Both the position numbers and the translations under genes were made by a program. Below, in pieces: positions 8,521-18,056 of a stretch of DNA of 60,735 bases (position 1 is its first letter; every line of letters starts with the position of its first letter). Under the pieces are notes generated by a model. It saw nothing but the letters and a program-made list of their open reading frames with translations, was not told where the DNA came from and ran no database searches. The stretch is from a virus (Duplodnaviria > Caudoviricetes): IMG/VR virus record IMGVR_UViG_3300042384_000237, positions 1-60,735 of that record; one strand, 5' to 3'.

Positions 8521-9515
8521 TATACCTTCCAGCTAAATTTACTTTTATTCCAATCACGTTTATAATCATTGCCGATAGCAATGAATGTATCATGTAATGT
8601 TGATGAATCAATATCCAAGTAGAACCAGTCTTTAATAGGGTTGTATTCAGGCTCAAATACAGGTGGATAGCCCATTTGTTCTAAACACGTATCCAATCTA
8701 TGTTGTACAAACGCTTCCAACATTCTAGCATTAATACCGGGGATTGGCCCTTTCTCAAATATCTTATGAATGATTTGACGCTCGTGTTCAAATAGAATCC
8801 AAGCTGTTACTTCTAACTCATTTGCAAGTTTGTCTAAAGGGATCGGATCAGTGCCATCTTCCAACGTCTCATGTAGTAGTGTATTAAAGATCCACGCTCC
8901 TGCCTTGGAGTGCATGTTTTCATCAATAGCAGAAAAATTAATTCCCGCATTGATATTCTGGAATTTATTTTTACCGTCATTGTTAAAATGCTTCAGGAAG
9001 GCGAATGAGGAATACAAAATAGCACCTTCGATCATACTAAAGATGCCTACCGATTTGAGCTTATCATAAGTTGTTTCAGATGATGTAGCTCTCTTTTCTA
9101 ACCATTCCATTCTGTCTTTCAAGATGGGATCATCTAGATAAGAGTTATAGAATTCTTCGTTATCAAGACCTAACAGCTCATTGATCTTGTTATAGAAGGG
9201 TGCGTGGACATTCAGCTCAAACATGGCAAATACTGATGCCATTCTTTGAATATCGGGTCGGGGGAAATGTTTAGAAACGTACCCTTGCCAATAATTTAAA
9301 CCAACGTGTAACTCATAATGTGTGAAAAGTTTCAGAGTACTGATGATTCCATGATATTCTGCTTCGGTGCAGTTCGTCTTTAATTCATGGATATCCTTTT
9401 CAACCTCCACCTCTTCTGCAAACCATATAACACTTGTCTGTTCTTCTGCGAACTTTATAGCGGCTAGATAATCCGTACCATAGCTGGTTCTGGGGGTTAG
9501 TATTTGTGCAGCCAT
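8520..9515 (-). CDS. nrdB: Ribonucleotide reductase class I beta subunit
   Basis: W..EE, ELNVH, EGAILYSSF, DENMH di-metal motifs; coupled to nrdA. Confidence 0.93.
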   Translation of the reverse strand: MAAQILTPRTSYGTDYLAAIKFAEEQTSVIWFAEEVEVEKDIHELKTNCTEAEYHGIISTLKLFTHYELHVGLNYWQGYVSKHFPRPDIQRMASVFAMFELNVHAPFYNKINELLGLDNEEFYNSYLDDPILKDRMEWLEKRATSSETTYDKLKSVGIFSMIEGAILYSSFAFLKHFNNDGKNKFQNINAGINFSAIDENMHSKAGAWIFNTLLHETLEDGTDPIPLDKLANELEVTAWILFEHERQIIHKIFEKGPIPGINARMLEAFVQHRLDTCLEQMGYPPVFEPEYNPIKDWFYLDIDSSTLHDTFIAIGNDYKRDWNKSKFSWKV

Positions 9516-9524
9516 TTTCTATCC

Positions 9525-11153
9525 TTAAATTACTGAAAATTCGTCTGTGGGGTCTACTTCTGAAGGCATTAATCTACCTGTTTGATAGATGTAATTAGCA
9601 CCTTTGACAACCCCTGTTAAACCTGTATAGCGTGATTTTAATACACGCATCTTAATATGATTCCTGTCGGATTCAAATTGTGCTGTCGAATCTCTTGCGA
9701 ATGATATAATATCAAAAGAGACTTGCTTAATAGAGCCGGAACCCCTAATGTCATCGATAGAAGGCAGTTTACCTTCTTCAAATGATTTACCACCTGTTGG
9801 TGCCTTTCTCAGGTGACTCACAAGACCTATCCACACGGGATGCCTTTGGCAGAGCCTTAATAAGTCATTCATTGTTTTATCTACAGCTTCATTACCCGTT
9901 AAGCCATCTACCCCTTCAGAAACCAGGATAGTTATATGATCAATAAACAGATACTCACAACCTGATAAGGCCATGAACTCTAATTTCTCGACTATAGATG
10001 TATCATTCATAGAGCCTTGGTGATCTAACAGTAATATTCTGTCTTCACCAAATACTTCATCATAGCCAATTTTTAAAGCCTCAATAGGTAATTCTTCTGC
10101 TGCAGGATTTCTATCGATAGCTAACCCGCATAATTTTCTAGTAGTTTCAGCAGGACTTTCTTCTAAAGAGACGATGCCTATTTTACTATTAGTTGTTCTT
10201 ATGAGATGTAATATAATCTCTCTAAGAATTGAGCTCTTGCCAGATCCCGTTCCTGAGATAAATAGTGCTATCTCAGAAGGCCGCATGCCTTTTGTTTTCT
10301 CATTTACGCCTTTTAAACAGTCTGGGTAGGGTACAGATGGTATTGAATTGTAATTTACCATTGCATCCCAAAGCTGTTCTTTCCTCAAGATGCCAGCGGG
10401 AATATACTTAGTTGCTTCAAAGATTGCTGTCATTAACTCTTGGCTGGATTTTTCTACAAGAACAGCATTAGCATCTTTCAGAGATAGCTTTACAATCTTT
10501 ACTTTATCAAAGCCAATAATTTTAATTGCTTCTTTCGTTGCCTTATCACCGGCTTCATCGTGATCTAAGCATAATACCACTTCATTAAAAGATCTCACCC
10601 AATCTCTATTCTCTAAAATAGTCTTTGTCATACTAGCAGATGCCAAACTAACAACCGGATAAATCTTTTTATACTTGTCAAAGGAGGCTTGCGCTACGCT
10701 CAAAGCATCTAGTTCCCCCTCTGTGATGATTAACTTCTTTCCACCGCCATTGAATTTACTCATGCCGAAGAGTTCTGTCGATTTCTTAATCCACGTAAAT
10801 GTCTTAGGCAATGCTCTTACCTTATATGCACCTTCTTTACCGTAAGGATAATAGTGTGTATCAATTTCACCACCTTCATTGAAAGCTACTTTTACACCAA
10901 AGAACTCACAAACCTCTTTGCTGATCTTCCTATCCTTCAGAGCACTTGAGGGAAATTTAGAAACATCTAAGTTGAATGCTTGCTTATTGGTTTTGATCGG
11001 TGCAAAGTCTGCCATACTCTCATACTCCTTATCCGGCGAAAAAGATGTTCTACAGCTGAAGCAATGTGATTTAAAATCCTCATATACTTGTACGGCATCT
11101 GAAGAACCACATTTTTTACAAGGTTGATTCCTACTTATAATTGCCTTACTCAT
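9525..11153 (-). CDS. T7 gp4-like primase-helicase
   Basis: CKKC...CFSC zinc finger, TEGELDA TOPRIM, GTGSGKS Walker A, IDHI, RGSGSI. Confidence 0.95.
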   Translation of the reverse strand: MSKAIISRNQPCKKCGSSDAVQVYEDFKSHCFSCRTSFSPDKEYESMADFAPIKTNKQAFNLDVSKFPSSALKDRKISKEVCEFFGVKVAFNEGGEIDTHYYPYGKEGAYKVRALPKTFTWIKKSTELFGMSKFNGGGKKLIITEGELDALSVAQASFDKYKKIYPVVSLASASMTKTILENRDWVRSFNEVVLCLDHDEAGDKATKEAIKIIGFDKVKIVKLSLKDANAVLVEKSSQELMTAIFEATKYIPAGILRKEQLWDAMVNYNSIPSVPYPDCLKGVNEKTKGMRPSEIALFISGTGSGKSSILREIILHLIRTTNSKIGIVSLEESPAETTRKLCGLAIDRNPAAEELPIEALKIGYDEVFGEDRILLLDHQGSMNDTSIVEKLEFMALSGCEYLFIDHITILVSEGVDGLTGNEAVDKTMNDLLRLCQRHPVWIGLVSHLRKAPTGGKSFEEGKLPSIDDIRGSGSIKQVSFDIISFARDSTAQFESDRNHIKMRVLKSRYTGLTGVVKGANYIYQTGRLMPSEVDPTDEFSVI

Positions 11154-11631
11154 CTGGAATAGTACCTCCTATCGTGAGATGTAATCTATCTTTATGCTTG
11201 GTTGTCACAGGTTCTGTAACGTTCCAAGAGATCGGCTCAATCCTTTTATTATACCAGACATCAGTCGTTGGTGCTTCTACATAGCATAAAGACCATGTTT
11301 CTGCCCAAGCTAATGAACCTTTCTTTTTATATTCTTCTATACAGATGAAGAGGAACTCTTCTTTTGGCCTTTCCGCGAAGTGAGCTTTAAGGCATGCAGA
11401 GCTACTCTTGTATCTTTTCCAGTCCGACTCAACCCCGCGATTGAGCTTACCAGCACCTCGATAATTTTTCTTCCCGAGATAATATTTCTTAAGTATTGTA
11501 TCGAATATAATATATATGAATCCCACATATTCTTTTGCTCCCATTTGTTTATCAAAATTCCAATGGCCATTCTTAAACCGACTTACTGATTTAGTGGCTA
11601 TCTGTAATACACTTCCTGTGAATTTAGTCAT
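11146..11631 (-). CDS. GIY-YIG-like (Seg-type) endonuclease
   Basis: GFIYII...YYLGKK, ESDWKRYKSS, YNKRI. Confidence 0.65.
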   Translation of the reverse strand: MTKFTGSVLQIATKSVSRFKNGHWNFDKQMGAKEYVGFIYIIFDTILKKYYLGKKNYRGAGKLNRGVESDWKRYKSSSACLKAHFAERPKEEFLFICIEEYKKKGSLAWAETWSLCYVEAPTTDVWYNKRIEPISWNVTEPVTTKHKDRLHLTIGGTIPDE

Positions 11632-12424
11632 AGATTAAATCCCATGCCGAAGGCCAATTATCAAATGAGAAGTAATCATTTAAAGTCTCTTGAAGGTGTA
11701 TCATCTTACCATTAGATAATAAGAACGATGCCCAATCCTCTCCGAAGGCTTTTACATATTGTGTTATAACTTCATTCTGGAATTCGAGTTCAGTTTTGCA
11801 ATCCGCCAATATCTTCTTAGCTTTTACATTACCTAGATTGTAAATACCTGGAATATTATCTGTACTATCACCTTTGAGTAATTGTTCATAATAATTTCTC
11901 ATGCCCATTTCTTCTGTAACAACACTTACTTCTCCACTCTTTATATTATAATGCTTCCCAGGAATCATTAAGAGATCCTTGTCTATTGAGCATATAATAA
12001 AGTCTACCCCTGCGCCTCTACACTCTTCCGCCCAGATTCTTAATAAATCATCAGCCTCTCTGCCGTGAGCAGGTACCACTAATTCTTCAAATATTGCCAG
12101 ATCTCTCACCGCAGGTACAAACTCATTGCGAGCCACGCCTGCTTTGATACGATTCGCTTTATACTCAGAATAGATATCATCTCTGAAATTCCAATCGCCT
12201 TTTACTGCAGCACAGTAATCTGTGGCAAAAGTATTTTCAATTACTTGTTCCAATTCTGATTGAAAGATTCTCCATATCGATTCCATATACTTTCTGTCTT
12301 GCTCTATAGTATACGTGGGAAGAATTTTATTACCGTCCATATCTAACTCAATTCTACTTCTATCATCCCTGTTGTAGCAACATTTATGACATAAAATATC
12401 TGCGTCTATTAATGCAATCGTCAT
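11624..12424 (-). CDS. T7 gp6-like 5'-3' exonuclease
   Basis: LIDAD, NFR...YKANR, EADD, SIDKDL, GDSTDNIPG. Confidence 0.92.
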   Translation of the reverse strand: MTIALIDADILCHKCCYNRDDRSRIELDMDGNKILPTYTIEQDRKYMESIWRIFQSELEQVIENTFATDYCAAVKGDWNFRDDIYSEYKANRIKAGVARNEFVPAVRDLAIFEELVVPAHGREADDLLRIWAEECRGAGVDFIICSIDKDLLMIPGKHYNIKSGEVSVVTEEMGMRNYYEQLLKGDSTDNIPGIYNLGNVKAKKILADCKTELEFQNEVITQYVKAFGEDWASFLLSNGKMIHLQETLNDYFSFDNWPSAWDLIYD

Positions 12425-12432
12425 CTTATTTC

Positions 12433-14301
12433 CTAGTGAGTATCGAGCCAAGTATCACCGAATGATCCACTGCCATCCATGATTGTAATACCAAATAATT
12501 TTGGACCTTCTCCAAAAGCTTTTATTCCTAATTCTACAGCTCTTGCCGCATGTTCTTCCGGAACCATTACCTGAAACTCATCATGATAAAGAATCAAGGG
12601 TTGATATGGAATCTTTTCAGCTTTCAGATATTCTTGCATCAACATACAAGCAGCTCCACAAGTTATCTTCTCTGCAGACTGTAATAGGTATACTAAGAGC
12701 TTATGAAAGCTGTCTACATATACTCTGTTACCTGCAATAGAAGGGATATACCCATCTCCATTCTGTTTTGTTTTACCATATATATTCTCAAGCTTTCCTA
12801 AGAGATCTGCGAACCCAGGAACAGCTTTAATAAAGCCAGCTTTTAACTTCTTACCTTTCTCATCATTCATCTCACCGTTGAAGATATATGACCATAGTTT
12901 GCCTCCACTTGCTCCGAATAAGAAGGCATATAAAACTCTCTTAGCAGCTGTTCGTGGGACTATATGTGATACTTTCATCTTCTTAAGAATACTTGTTAAG
13001 ATATCTGCATTATACTGATGAATATCACCGTTGAGCAGTGTGTCAATAAATGTTTCATCTCCTAAGTAGTGTGCTAAACCTCTAGCTTGGTTACCCGCAG
13101 AATCACAGCCAACTATCTTCCAACCTTCTTTACATTTAAACAAACTTCTCATTTGTTTGCCGTAAGCTGAATCAGGGCTTGGTACATTTACGATAATAGA
13201 ATGTCTACTACGCATGCTTGGTGTTCCAATGACCATACAATCACCGTGTAATCTGCCCTTATCGTCTACGTTAGCTAGCCATGTTTTTACAATACTCTGT
13301 CTAGCCTTTACAGTCAAGAAATCTTTATAGAGCTTACCATCACCACCCAAGAACTCTAAAGAATCCTCAGTAATCTTTGGTGTTGTCTTGTTTCTTTTAC
13401 GAGTCCCTTCATCCATTTTGTAGTTCCAATCTGTTGGAACCCAACCCTGTCGATATAGAAAGATCTTTACATCTGTTACAGAGTCTAAGCTTAGTGGTTC
13501 AATAGTAATTCTACTATACGGACCGTCTACGATTCTATCTTCTACTTCTACACCACTCCAAGGGTTTACATCAAACCATCTGGCTGTATGAGCATCATAC
13601 TTCCCTTCTTTGGTCCACTTAGGTTTCTTAGGCTCAACAATACCTAATTTCTTATCTACAGCCACGATCTTTAAACCTAATTTAGAGTTTAGAGCTTGAT
13701 AAGTTTTGTTCATCTCTCTTTGCAATTCTTCAAATAGCTCTTGAGCTTTATCTACATTGAAGGGCCAGCCAGCTGTGTTAGCTTCTGCACACCATTTACT
13801 TACGGCATGTTCTGCTTGCACATATGTAGTTATTAAAGGTGTTGTTTCTTTAGCTTCTTGTAACTCTCTACGAAGAATTTCAAATACCTTATGATTTAAA
13901 CCAACATCGCGTTCACAGTATGTAGCCATTTCTTCGCTATACTGTGACCAATCTTCAAATTCACCTTTAGGGTAATCCAGAGACTCGCCCCATACTTTTA
14001 AGCTATGCCCTTTATCCCCAAACCTTCTATAATCTAGAATTTGAGATAGAAGTAGTGTATCTACTATCTTAACATTTTCAGGTACTTTATAATCGAATAA
14101 TTTAGAAAGAACTGATATATCATAATTTATAATATTATGGCCTATAAGAGTCTTTGCAGTATTAAATACTTTCATCCAACGCATATCTCCCTCGAGATAC
14201 CTTTTGTACTCACCCTTGTCTATGTCATAAGTAATCAAGATCCACATATTACTTACATCTTTTAAGAGACCATTTGTCTCAATATCAAACACGTAGTTCA
14301 T
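12433..14301 (-). CDS. Family A (T7-like) DNA polymerase with 3'-5' exonuclease domain
   Basis: FDIET, GHN..YD, YCERDV exo motifs; DSAGNQAR (A), RTAAKRVLYAFLFG (B), YHDE (C). Confidence 0.95.
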   Translation of the reverse strand: MNYVFDIETNGLLKDVSNMWILITYDIDKGEYKRYLEGDMRWMKVFNTAKTLIGHNIINYDISVLSKLFDYKVPENVKIVDTLLLSQILDYRRFGDKGHSLKVWGESLDYPKGEFEDWSQYSEEMATYCERDVGLNHKVFEILRRELQEAKETTPLITTYVQAEHAVSKWCAEANTAGWPFNVDKAQELFEELQREMNKTYQALNSKLGLKIVAVDKKLGIVEPKKPKWTKEGKYDAHTARWFDVNPWSGVEVEDRIVDGPYSRITIEPLSLDSVTDVKIFLYRQGWVPTDWNYKMDEGTRKRNKTTPKITEDSLEFLGGDGKLYKDFLTVKARQSIVKTWLANVDDKGRLHGDCMVIGTPSMRSRHSIIVNVPSPDSAYGKQMRSLFKCKEGWKIVGCDSAGNQARGLAHYLGDETFIDTLLNGDIHQYNADILTSILKKMKVSHIVPRTAAKRVLYAFLFGASGGKLWSYIFNGEMNDEKGKKLKAGFIKAVPGFADLLGKLENIYGKTKQNGDGYIPSIAGNRVYVDSFHKLLVYLLQSAEKITCGAACMLMQEYLKAEKIPYQPLILYHDEFQVMVPEEHAARAVELGIKAFGEGPKLFGITIMDGSGSFGDTWLDTH

Positions 14302-14315
14302 AAAATCTCCGAAAT

Positions 14316-14348
14316 AAAGGCGCTCCGATTATTAGTCAGAACGCCTTT
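14316..14348 (-). terminator. 13-bp hairpin (terminator or processing site) upstream of the DNA polymerase gene
   Basis: AAAGGCGTTCTGA/TCGGAGCGCCTTT with 2 G-U pairs on the - strand. Confidence 0.65.
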
Positions 14349-14355
14349 GTACAAC

Positions 14356-14862
14356 TTACGATGCTAAAATTGCATCCACTTCACTGACCTTAATCGGTCT
14401 GCCTGCTTTCTTGTATGCTATCAAATAAGATAGATACCATCTTGCTTTTTCTAATTCTTGGATAGAGTCGTCTTTTTGACCGTTTCTATCTAAATATTTT
14501 CTAATTTGCATTTCAACAGCTGCTTCAAATTTAGCTGGATCTCTCAGTGTGGGTATACGACTCATTGCGTCTAACCATTGATAGTCTTCTAAATAACCTT
14601 TATAATGTTTTGGATCTACTGCAGACTTAACTCTATCGGGACCTTTCATACCAGGACTTGAAGCCCAATGTGATCTCTCTATTGTTGCCATCCAACCTTC
14701 GCATTGGTCTATTGTATGTAATCCTCCAACATATTGAGAATCTTTTGATATTCTAATGTAATCTGAATTGTCTTGTACAAATTTCTCAAATGCTATTTGG
14801 AAATCCGTATAAGTATTAATGATTGCATTATTATCTTGCATAACTAGATCATAGACGTACAT
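14356..14862 (-). CDS. Protein with C-terminal DUF3310 / T7 gp1.7-like domain
   Basis: VDPKHY...KYLDRNGQKD...ELEKARWYL. Confidence 0.7.
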   Translation of the reverse strand: MYVYDLVMQDNNAIINTYTDFQIAFEKFVQDNSDYIRISKDSQYVGGLHTIDQCEGWMATIERSHWASSPGMKGPDRVKSAVDPKHYKGYLEDYQWLDAMSRIPTLRDPAKFEAAVEMQIRKYLDRNGQKDDSIQELEKARWYLSYLIAYKKAGRPIKVSEVDAILAS

Positions 14863-15347
14863 TAAAATAAGTCCTCTGCTTCTTCATTACTAACTCTTTC
14901 ATAATCTGCTTCTTCAAAATCCTCACGAGGTTTTGAAATATATACTATATGCTTAGTTACTTGAACAGCCATTAATACATGGCCGACCCCGGCACCTTTT
15001 GTTGGATGTGTGTAGTTGTATTCGAATAACCTAATATTCGCCACAGAGCCGTTACCTAATGTTCTAGGGTCTAAAGGATTCAACGCACCGTCTACTAATT
15101 TGACTGGTTCTTTAGCTTCCCCCGCCGAACCGATCGATTTCTTTTTAAGATTGGCTCTCCAGTAAGGAGTGCTTTCATCTTCTGGTGCAATTCGCTTAAC
15201 AGCCAAACCTGCAGCCAACCATTCATTCTTTTGTTCTGGATTGGTTGTGCGTATTTGCACTTCCCATGTTGGTTGATCTTTATTAAATCTACCGTTTGGA
15301 CGATCCAATTTAGCAAACCACAATTCACAATCTTTTAATACGGCCAT
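14862..15347 (-). CDS. T7 gp2.5-like single-stranded DNA-binding protein
   Basis: LGNGSVANI, LMAVQV, acidic tail ending in Phe; position in replication module. Confidence 0.8.
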   Translation of the reverse strand: MAVLKDCELWFAKLDRPNGRFNKDQPTWEVQIRTTNPEQKNEWLAAGLAVKRIAPEDESTPYWRANLKKKSIGSAGEAKEPVKLVDGALNPLDPRTLGNGSVANIRLFEYNYTHPTKGAGVGHVLMAVQVTKHIVYISKPREDFEEADYERVSNEEAEDLF

Positions 15348-15380
15348 TGCTTTCTCTCTCTTTTCGAATAAAATTAAAAT

Positions 15381-15399
15381 AGGGTTAATTTAACGGGTT
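15381..15399 (-). promoter_or_regulatory. Class II repeated motif upstream of the SSB gene
   Basis: AGGGTTAATTTAACGGGTT on +; preceded on the - strand by an 8-bp hairpin (CTGCCTTG/CAAGGCAG). Confidence 0.6.
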
Positions 15400-15438
15400 C
15401 TGCCTTGCAACCCTATGGAACAAGGCAGCCCTATTACT

Positions 15439-15813
15439 TTAGTTAGATTCTTTAATCGATAATGCTACAAACGGATTCATATCAGCATAATAGTTGGGGA
15501 TGTAATATATCGCACCCCCTGTATCGCTTGTGATAGTACAAAATTTAAAGTACCGTACATGCGTGCCAGGTACTCTTTCAGCTATATCGAATACCCCATA
15601 ATCTACCATAAGATTTGTTTCCCTTTCACCATAGATCGGGATGAGGGCAAAATCGAGGAAGTTCTGAACAATATGAACATACCCTCCGATGTGTTCCATA
15701 AAGTCCACATCATCTTTACGCTCTTCAAACAATGGATGAAGATCTGTGATTATATCTTCGGTGACAGTGTTTCTAAAATTCAACAATTCATACAGACTTT
15801 TGAACACGAGCAT
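15439..15813 (-). CDS. Hypothetical protein
   Basis: ORF track; GGAGG SD. Confidence 0.65.
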   Translation of the reverse strand: MLVFKSLYELLNFRNTVTEDIITDLHPLFEERKDDVDFMEHIGGYVHIVQNFLDFALIPIYGERETNLMVDYGVFDIAERVPGTHVRYFKFCTITSDTGGAIYYIPNYYADMNPFVALSIKESN

Positions 15814-15967
15814 TTGCTTCCTCCAATTGGTTTACTGCATTTCTCAAACAATTAATGAGACTTTCTTTTGACATGAGTGCTTCGCCTTCTGTTATGCGAT
15901 ATTTGTCGCCTACTTGAAGTACGCCAAATATTTTATGTCTGTCTGGCGATAAAAATGTAATCTTCAT
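15788..15967 (-). CDS. 59-aa hypothetical protein (MKITFLSPDRHKIFG...)
   Basis: Manual translation; ATGA overlap with upstream ORF. Confidence 0.45.
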   Translation of the reverse strand: MKITFLSPDRHKIFGVLQVGDKYRITEGEALMSKESLINCLRNAVNQLEEANARVQKSV

Positions 15968-16039
15968 TCTTTAAATCCATCCTCTAGGTTTAATAACCAT
16001 TCTTTCAATGTAATAGACATCGGGTAATAATTGTCATTC

Positions 16040-16342
16040 TTAGCTAGCACAGACGGGTTGCCAATAAACACCTGTAACAGCTTTAGAATGTCCGTAAGTT
16101 CCGCCACCTGTGCCGGACTTAATGAAATCTGCATGTGGTTCTTCTTTAACTCTAGGTCTTCTTGCATCAATAACTCTCTCCCAATTTTCCAAATAAGGCA
16201 GTACTCTTGAATTTTCCCACTCACCATCTTCATTAGGCGGAGGTAACCTCCCTGAGTAGATTGCCATCTCTAAAGCCATTGGTGATAAGTCTAGTCTTTC
16301 AATTATATCAGTTGAGCTTATCATCTTTTCTCGGTCTCCCAC
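16040..16342 (-). CDS. AlpA/Xis-like winged-helix DNA-binding protein
   Basis: MISSTDIIERLDLS...IYSGRLPPP...W pattern. Confidence 0.55.
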   Translation of the reverse strand: MGDREKMISSTDIIERLDLSPMALEMAIYSGRLPPPNEDGEWENSRVLPYLENWERVIDARRPRVKEEPHADFIKSGTGGGTYGHSKAVTGVYWQPVCAS

Positions 16343-16493
16343 GTTTAGGGCTTAAAGAAGTTATAATCAAACGAGCTTCCAGATCTGCATTTGCTTGCAT
16401 TGCACCTTGCCACTTGTTGTATAATTGAACTACACGCAACGTAGCAATCATTGCATAGCCTGCTAAAATATATTCAAACATATTTTCTCCCAC
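16308..16493 (-). CDS. Small protein with N-terminal hydrophobic segment and C-terminal AT-hook-like KRGRPRK
   Basis: ORF track. Confidence 0.5.
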   Translation of the reverse strand: MGENMFEYILAGYAMIATLRVVQLYNKWQGAMQANADLEARLIITSLSPKRGRPRKDDKLN

Positions 16494-16499
16494 GCTTCA

Positions 16500-16751
16500 T
16501 CATAGTACGTTGAAACCATCATCGATAAATTCTGGATTGTTTTGAGCATCACGAACCTCTCTTAAGGCTAATATAGCGTCTTTATAAATATGATCTACAT
16601 TGTCATCTATGAGAGCATTCTCTAACATCGATGGTATTGCCAATGTAAAATCGTCTATCTGCCATGCAGCATCCATATATTCCTCGAAGTCATTTGCTTC
16701 TAAATCCAATACATACAAAATAACCGCTTCAGCATACTGCATCTTTTTCAT
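16500..16751 (-). CDS. Acidic hypothetical protein
   Basis: ORF track; AAGGA SD. Confidence 0.6.
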   Translation of the reverse strand: MKKMQYAEAVILYVLDLEANDFEEYMDAAWQIDDFTLAIPSMLENALIDDNVDHIYKDAILALREVRDAQNNPEFIDDGFNVL

Positions 16752-16760
16752 TCTCTTTCC

Positions 16761-17138
16761 TTAATAAAATACTAGATCGCCGATCCTGACCAGTCTGACT
16801 GGAGTGGGATACCTGCGACCAAGTTTGTAATCGTTGAAGTATGTATACTTGCCTTTAAGCTTTGTACATCTCAACTTTGAAAATAATATTTGATGTGCCA
16901 ACTTAAGTTGACGCTCGAATACTTCCACATCAGCTTTACTCTTAGGGTTAGGCATTTTAACACCTTGCTTAGTCCAAGAGAAGAGCCCCTTCTTGCGCAA
17001 TGTAGCACACACGTCGTTTCCTTCGGTGAGTTCCATTGTCACTTGACCGACACCTAACATGGTATCTGATGTCTGGTTTCTTGCCTCAAAGTACATTACA
17101 GCCACGAGGCATAGAGTTGGTGCTATTAACATAGCCAC
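16761..17138 (-). CDS. SleB-like (Hydrolase_2) cell-wall hydrolase
   Basis: CL...MYFEAR..., FSWT, IGDLVFY. Confidence 0.8.
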   Translation of the reverse strand: MAMLIAPTLCLVAVMYFEARNQTSDTMLGVGQVTMELTEGNDVCATLRKKGLFSWTKQGVKMPNPKSKADVEVFERQLKLAHQILFSKLRCTKLKGKYTYFNDYKLGRRYPTPVRLVRIGDLVFY

Positions 17139-17189
17139 CTCCTTTCTGCTTGTTGTGAGCAGTTAAAAAGCTTACTCAGGCTTTATAAA

Positions 17190-17561
17190 TTAAATAGGGT
17201 AGTCGGGCGTGGGTTTCCTAATCGAACCCCATTTTTCTTCTGCTTCTATTGCATAGCCAAAATCGCCGCCTGTTAAACTTCTCCAGTAGATTTCTAACGC
17301 ATCCGGTTCATATTGGTAAGCATCGTAATAATCACCATAAGAGTCATCCTCACCATACGTCAACGTAGTCCCGTCTTTACGAAATGTAAACATCATTGCC
17401 GGGTAATCCTCTTCAAACTCTTTAAGGTCTTTTGGATCTGACTCTAATGTATAGCCTGAATGGTATAGAAATTCAGGAAGTAAACCCAACTTTTCATGAG
17501 TAATTTCCCAGTTGTTTTTAACTGCTAACTTTATAAGTTCAACAATAACTTCAGTTTTCAT
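17190..17561 (-). CDS. Hypothetical protein
   Basis: ORF track. Confidence 0.6.
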   Translation of the reverse strand: MKTEVIVELIKLAVKNNWEITHEKLGLLPEFLYHSGYTLESDPKDLKEFEEDYPAMMFTFRKDGTTLTYGEDDSYGDYYDAYQYEPDALEIYWRSLTGGDFGYAIEAEEKWGSIRKPTPDYPI

Positions 17562-17563
17562 GA

Positions 17564-17770
17564 TTACGCCTTATATAGAATGAATGTGGTTTCCGCATGG
17601 TGTAAATCTTCTACACCATCAACAATAATTACTTCTACTATTTCCCAGTCATCATTAAGTAGCGCAGCTAAATCTGCGTAGTCACCAGAGCCCTGAGACC
17701 CTGCCACAATGTTAAGAACCTTATACTTAACTTTCTTTTCTGGTTTTTCGAATATACTTAGATTACTCAT
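17564..17770 (-). CDS. Hypothetical protein (MSNLSIFEK...)
   Basis: ORF track 17564..17788; ATGA overlap at 17767-17770. Confidence 0.55.
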   Translation of the reverse strand: MSNLSIFEKPEKKVKYKVLNIVAGSQGSGDYADLAALLNDDWEIVEVIIVDGVEDLHHAETTFILYKA

Positions 17771-18045
17771 GCGTTGAACCCATACCATCTATGTACAGGC
17801 GTGAGAGGCACGCTAAGAAATGAGCGCATAATCTTTATGATGGGCGCTGGGTTACGTTTCTTACGTTTCCCTACAGGAGTCTTAAATGCTCTTTCCAAGT
17901 CAAGAAGTGAATACACTCTTATACGTCCACCGAGTGGAGATATAGTATATCTAATAGGCTTAATCCCAGTCTTTTTCACTCTATGTCGCATAACTTCATA
18001 ACTCACATCTTTACTCTTTGCAAATCCTATTATCGTATTTATCAT
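17767..18045 (-). CDS. Basic, probable helix-turn-helix DNA-binding protein
   Basis: FAKSKDVSYEVMRHRVKK...RVYSLLDLE; very basic. Confidence 0.5.
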   Translation of the reverse strand: MINTIIGFAKSKDVSYEVMRHRVKKTGIKPIRYTISPLGGRIRVYSLLDLERAFKTPVGKRKKRNPAPIIKIMRSFLSVPLTPVHRWYGFNA

Positions 18046-18056
18046 TGTAATCTCTC

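Noticed and set aside
12433-14301. DpoZ / modified-base genome
   Set aside because: No purZ, datZ or other base-modification gene in this window; polymerase substitutions alone are insufficient
15964-16233. 89-aa ORF as called in the track
   Set aside because: Overlaps the AlpA-like ORF extensively; only a shorter 3' part may be real and I cannot fix its start
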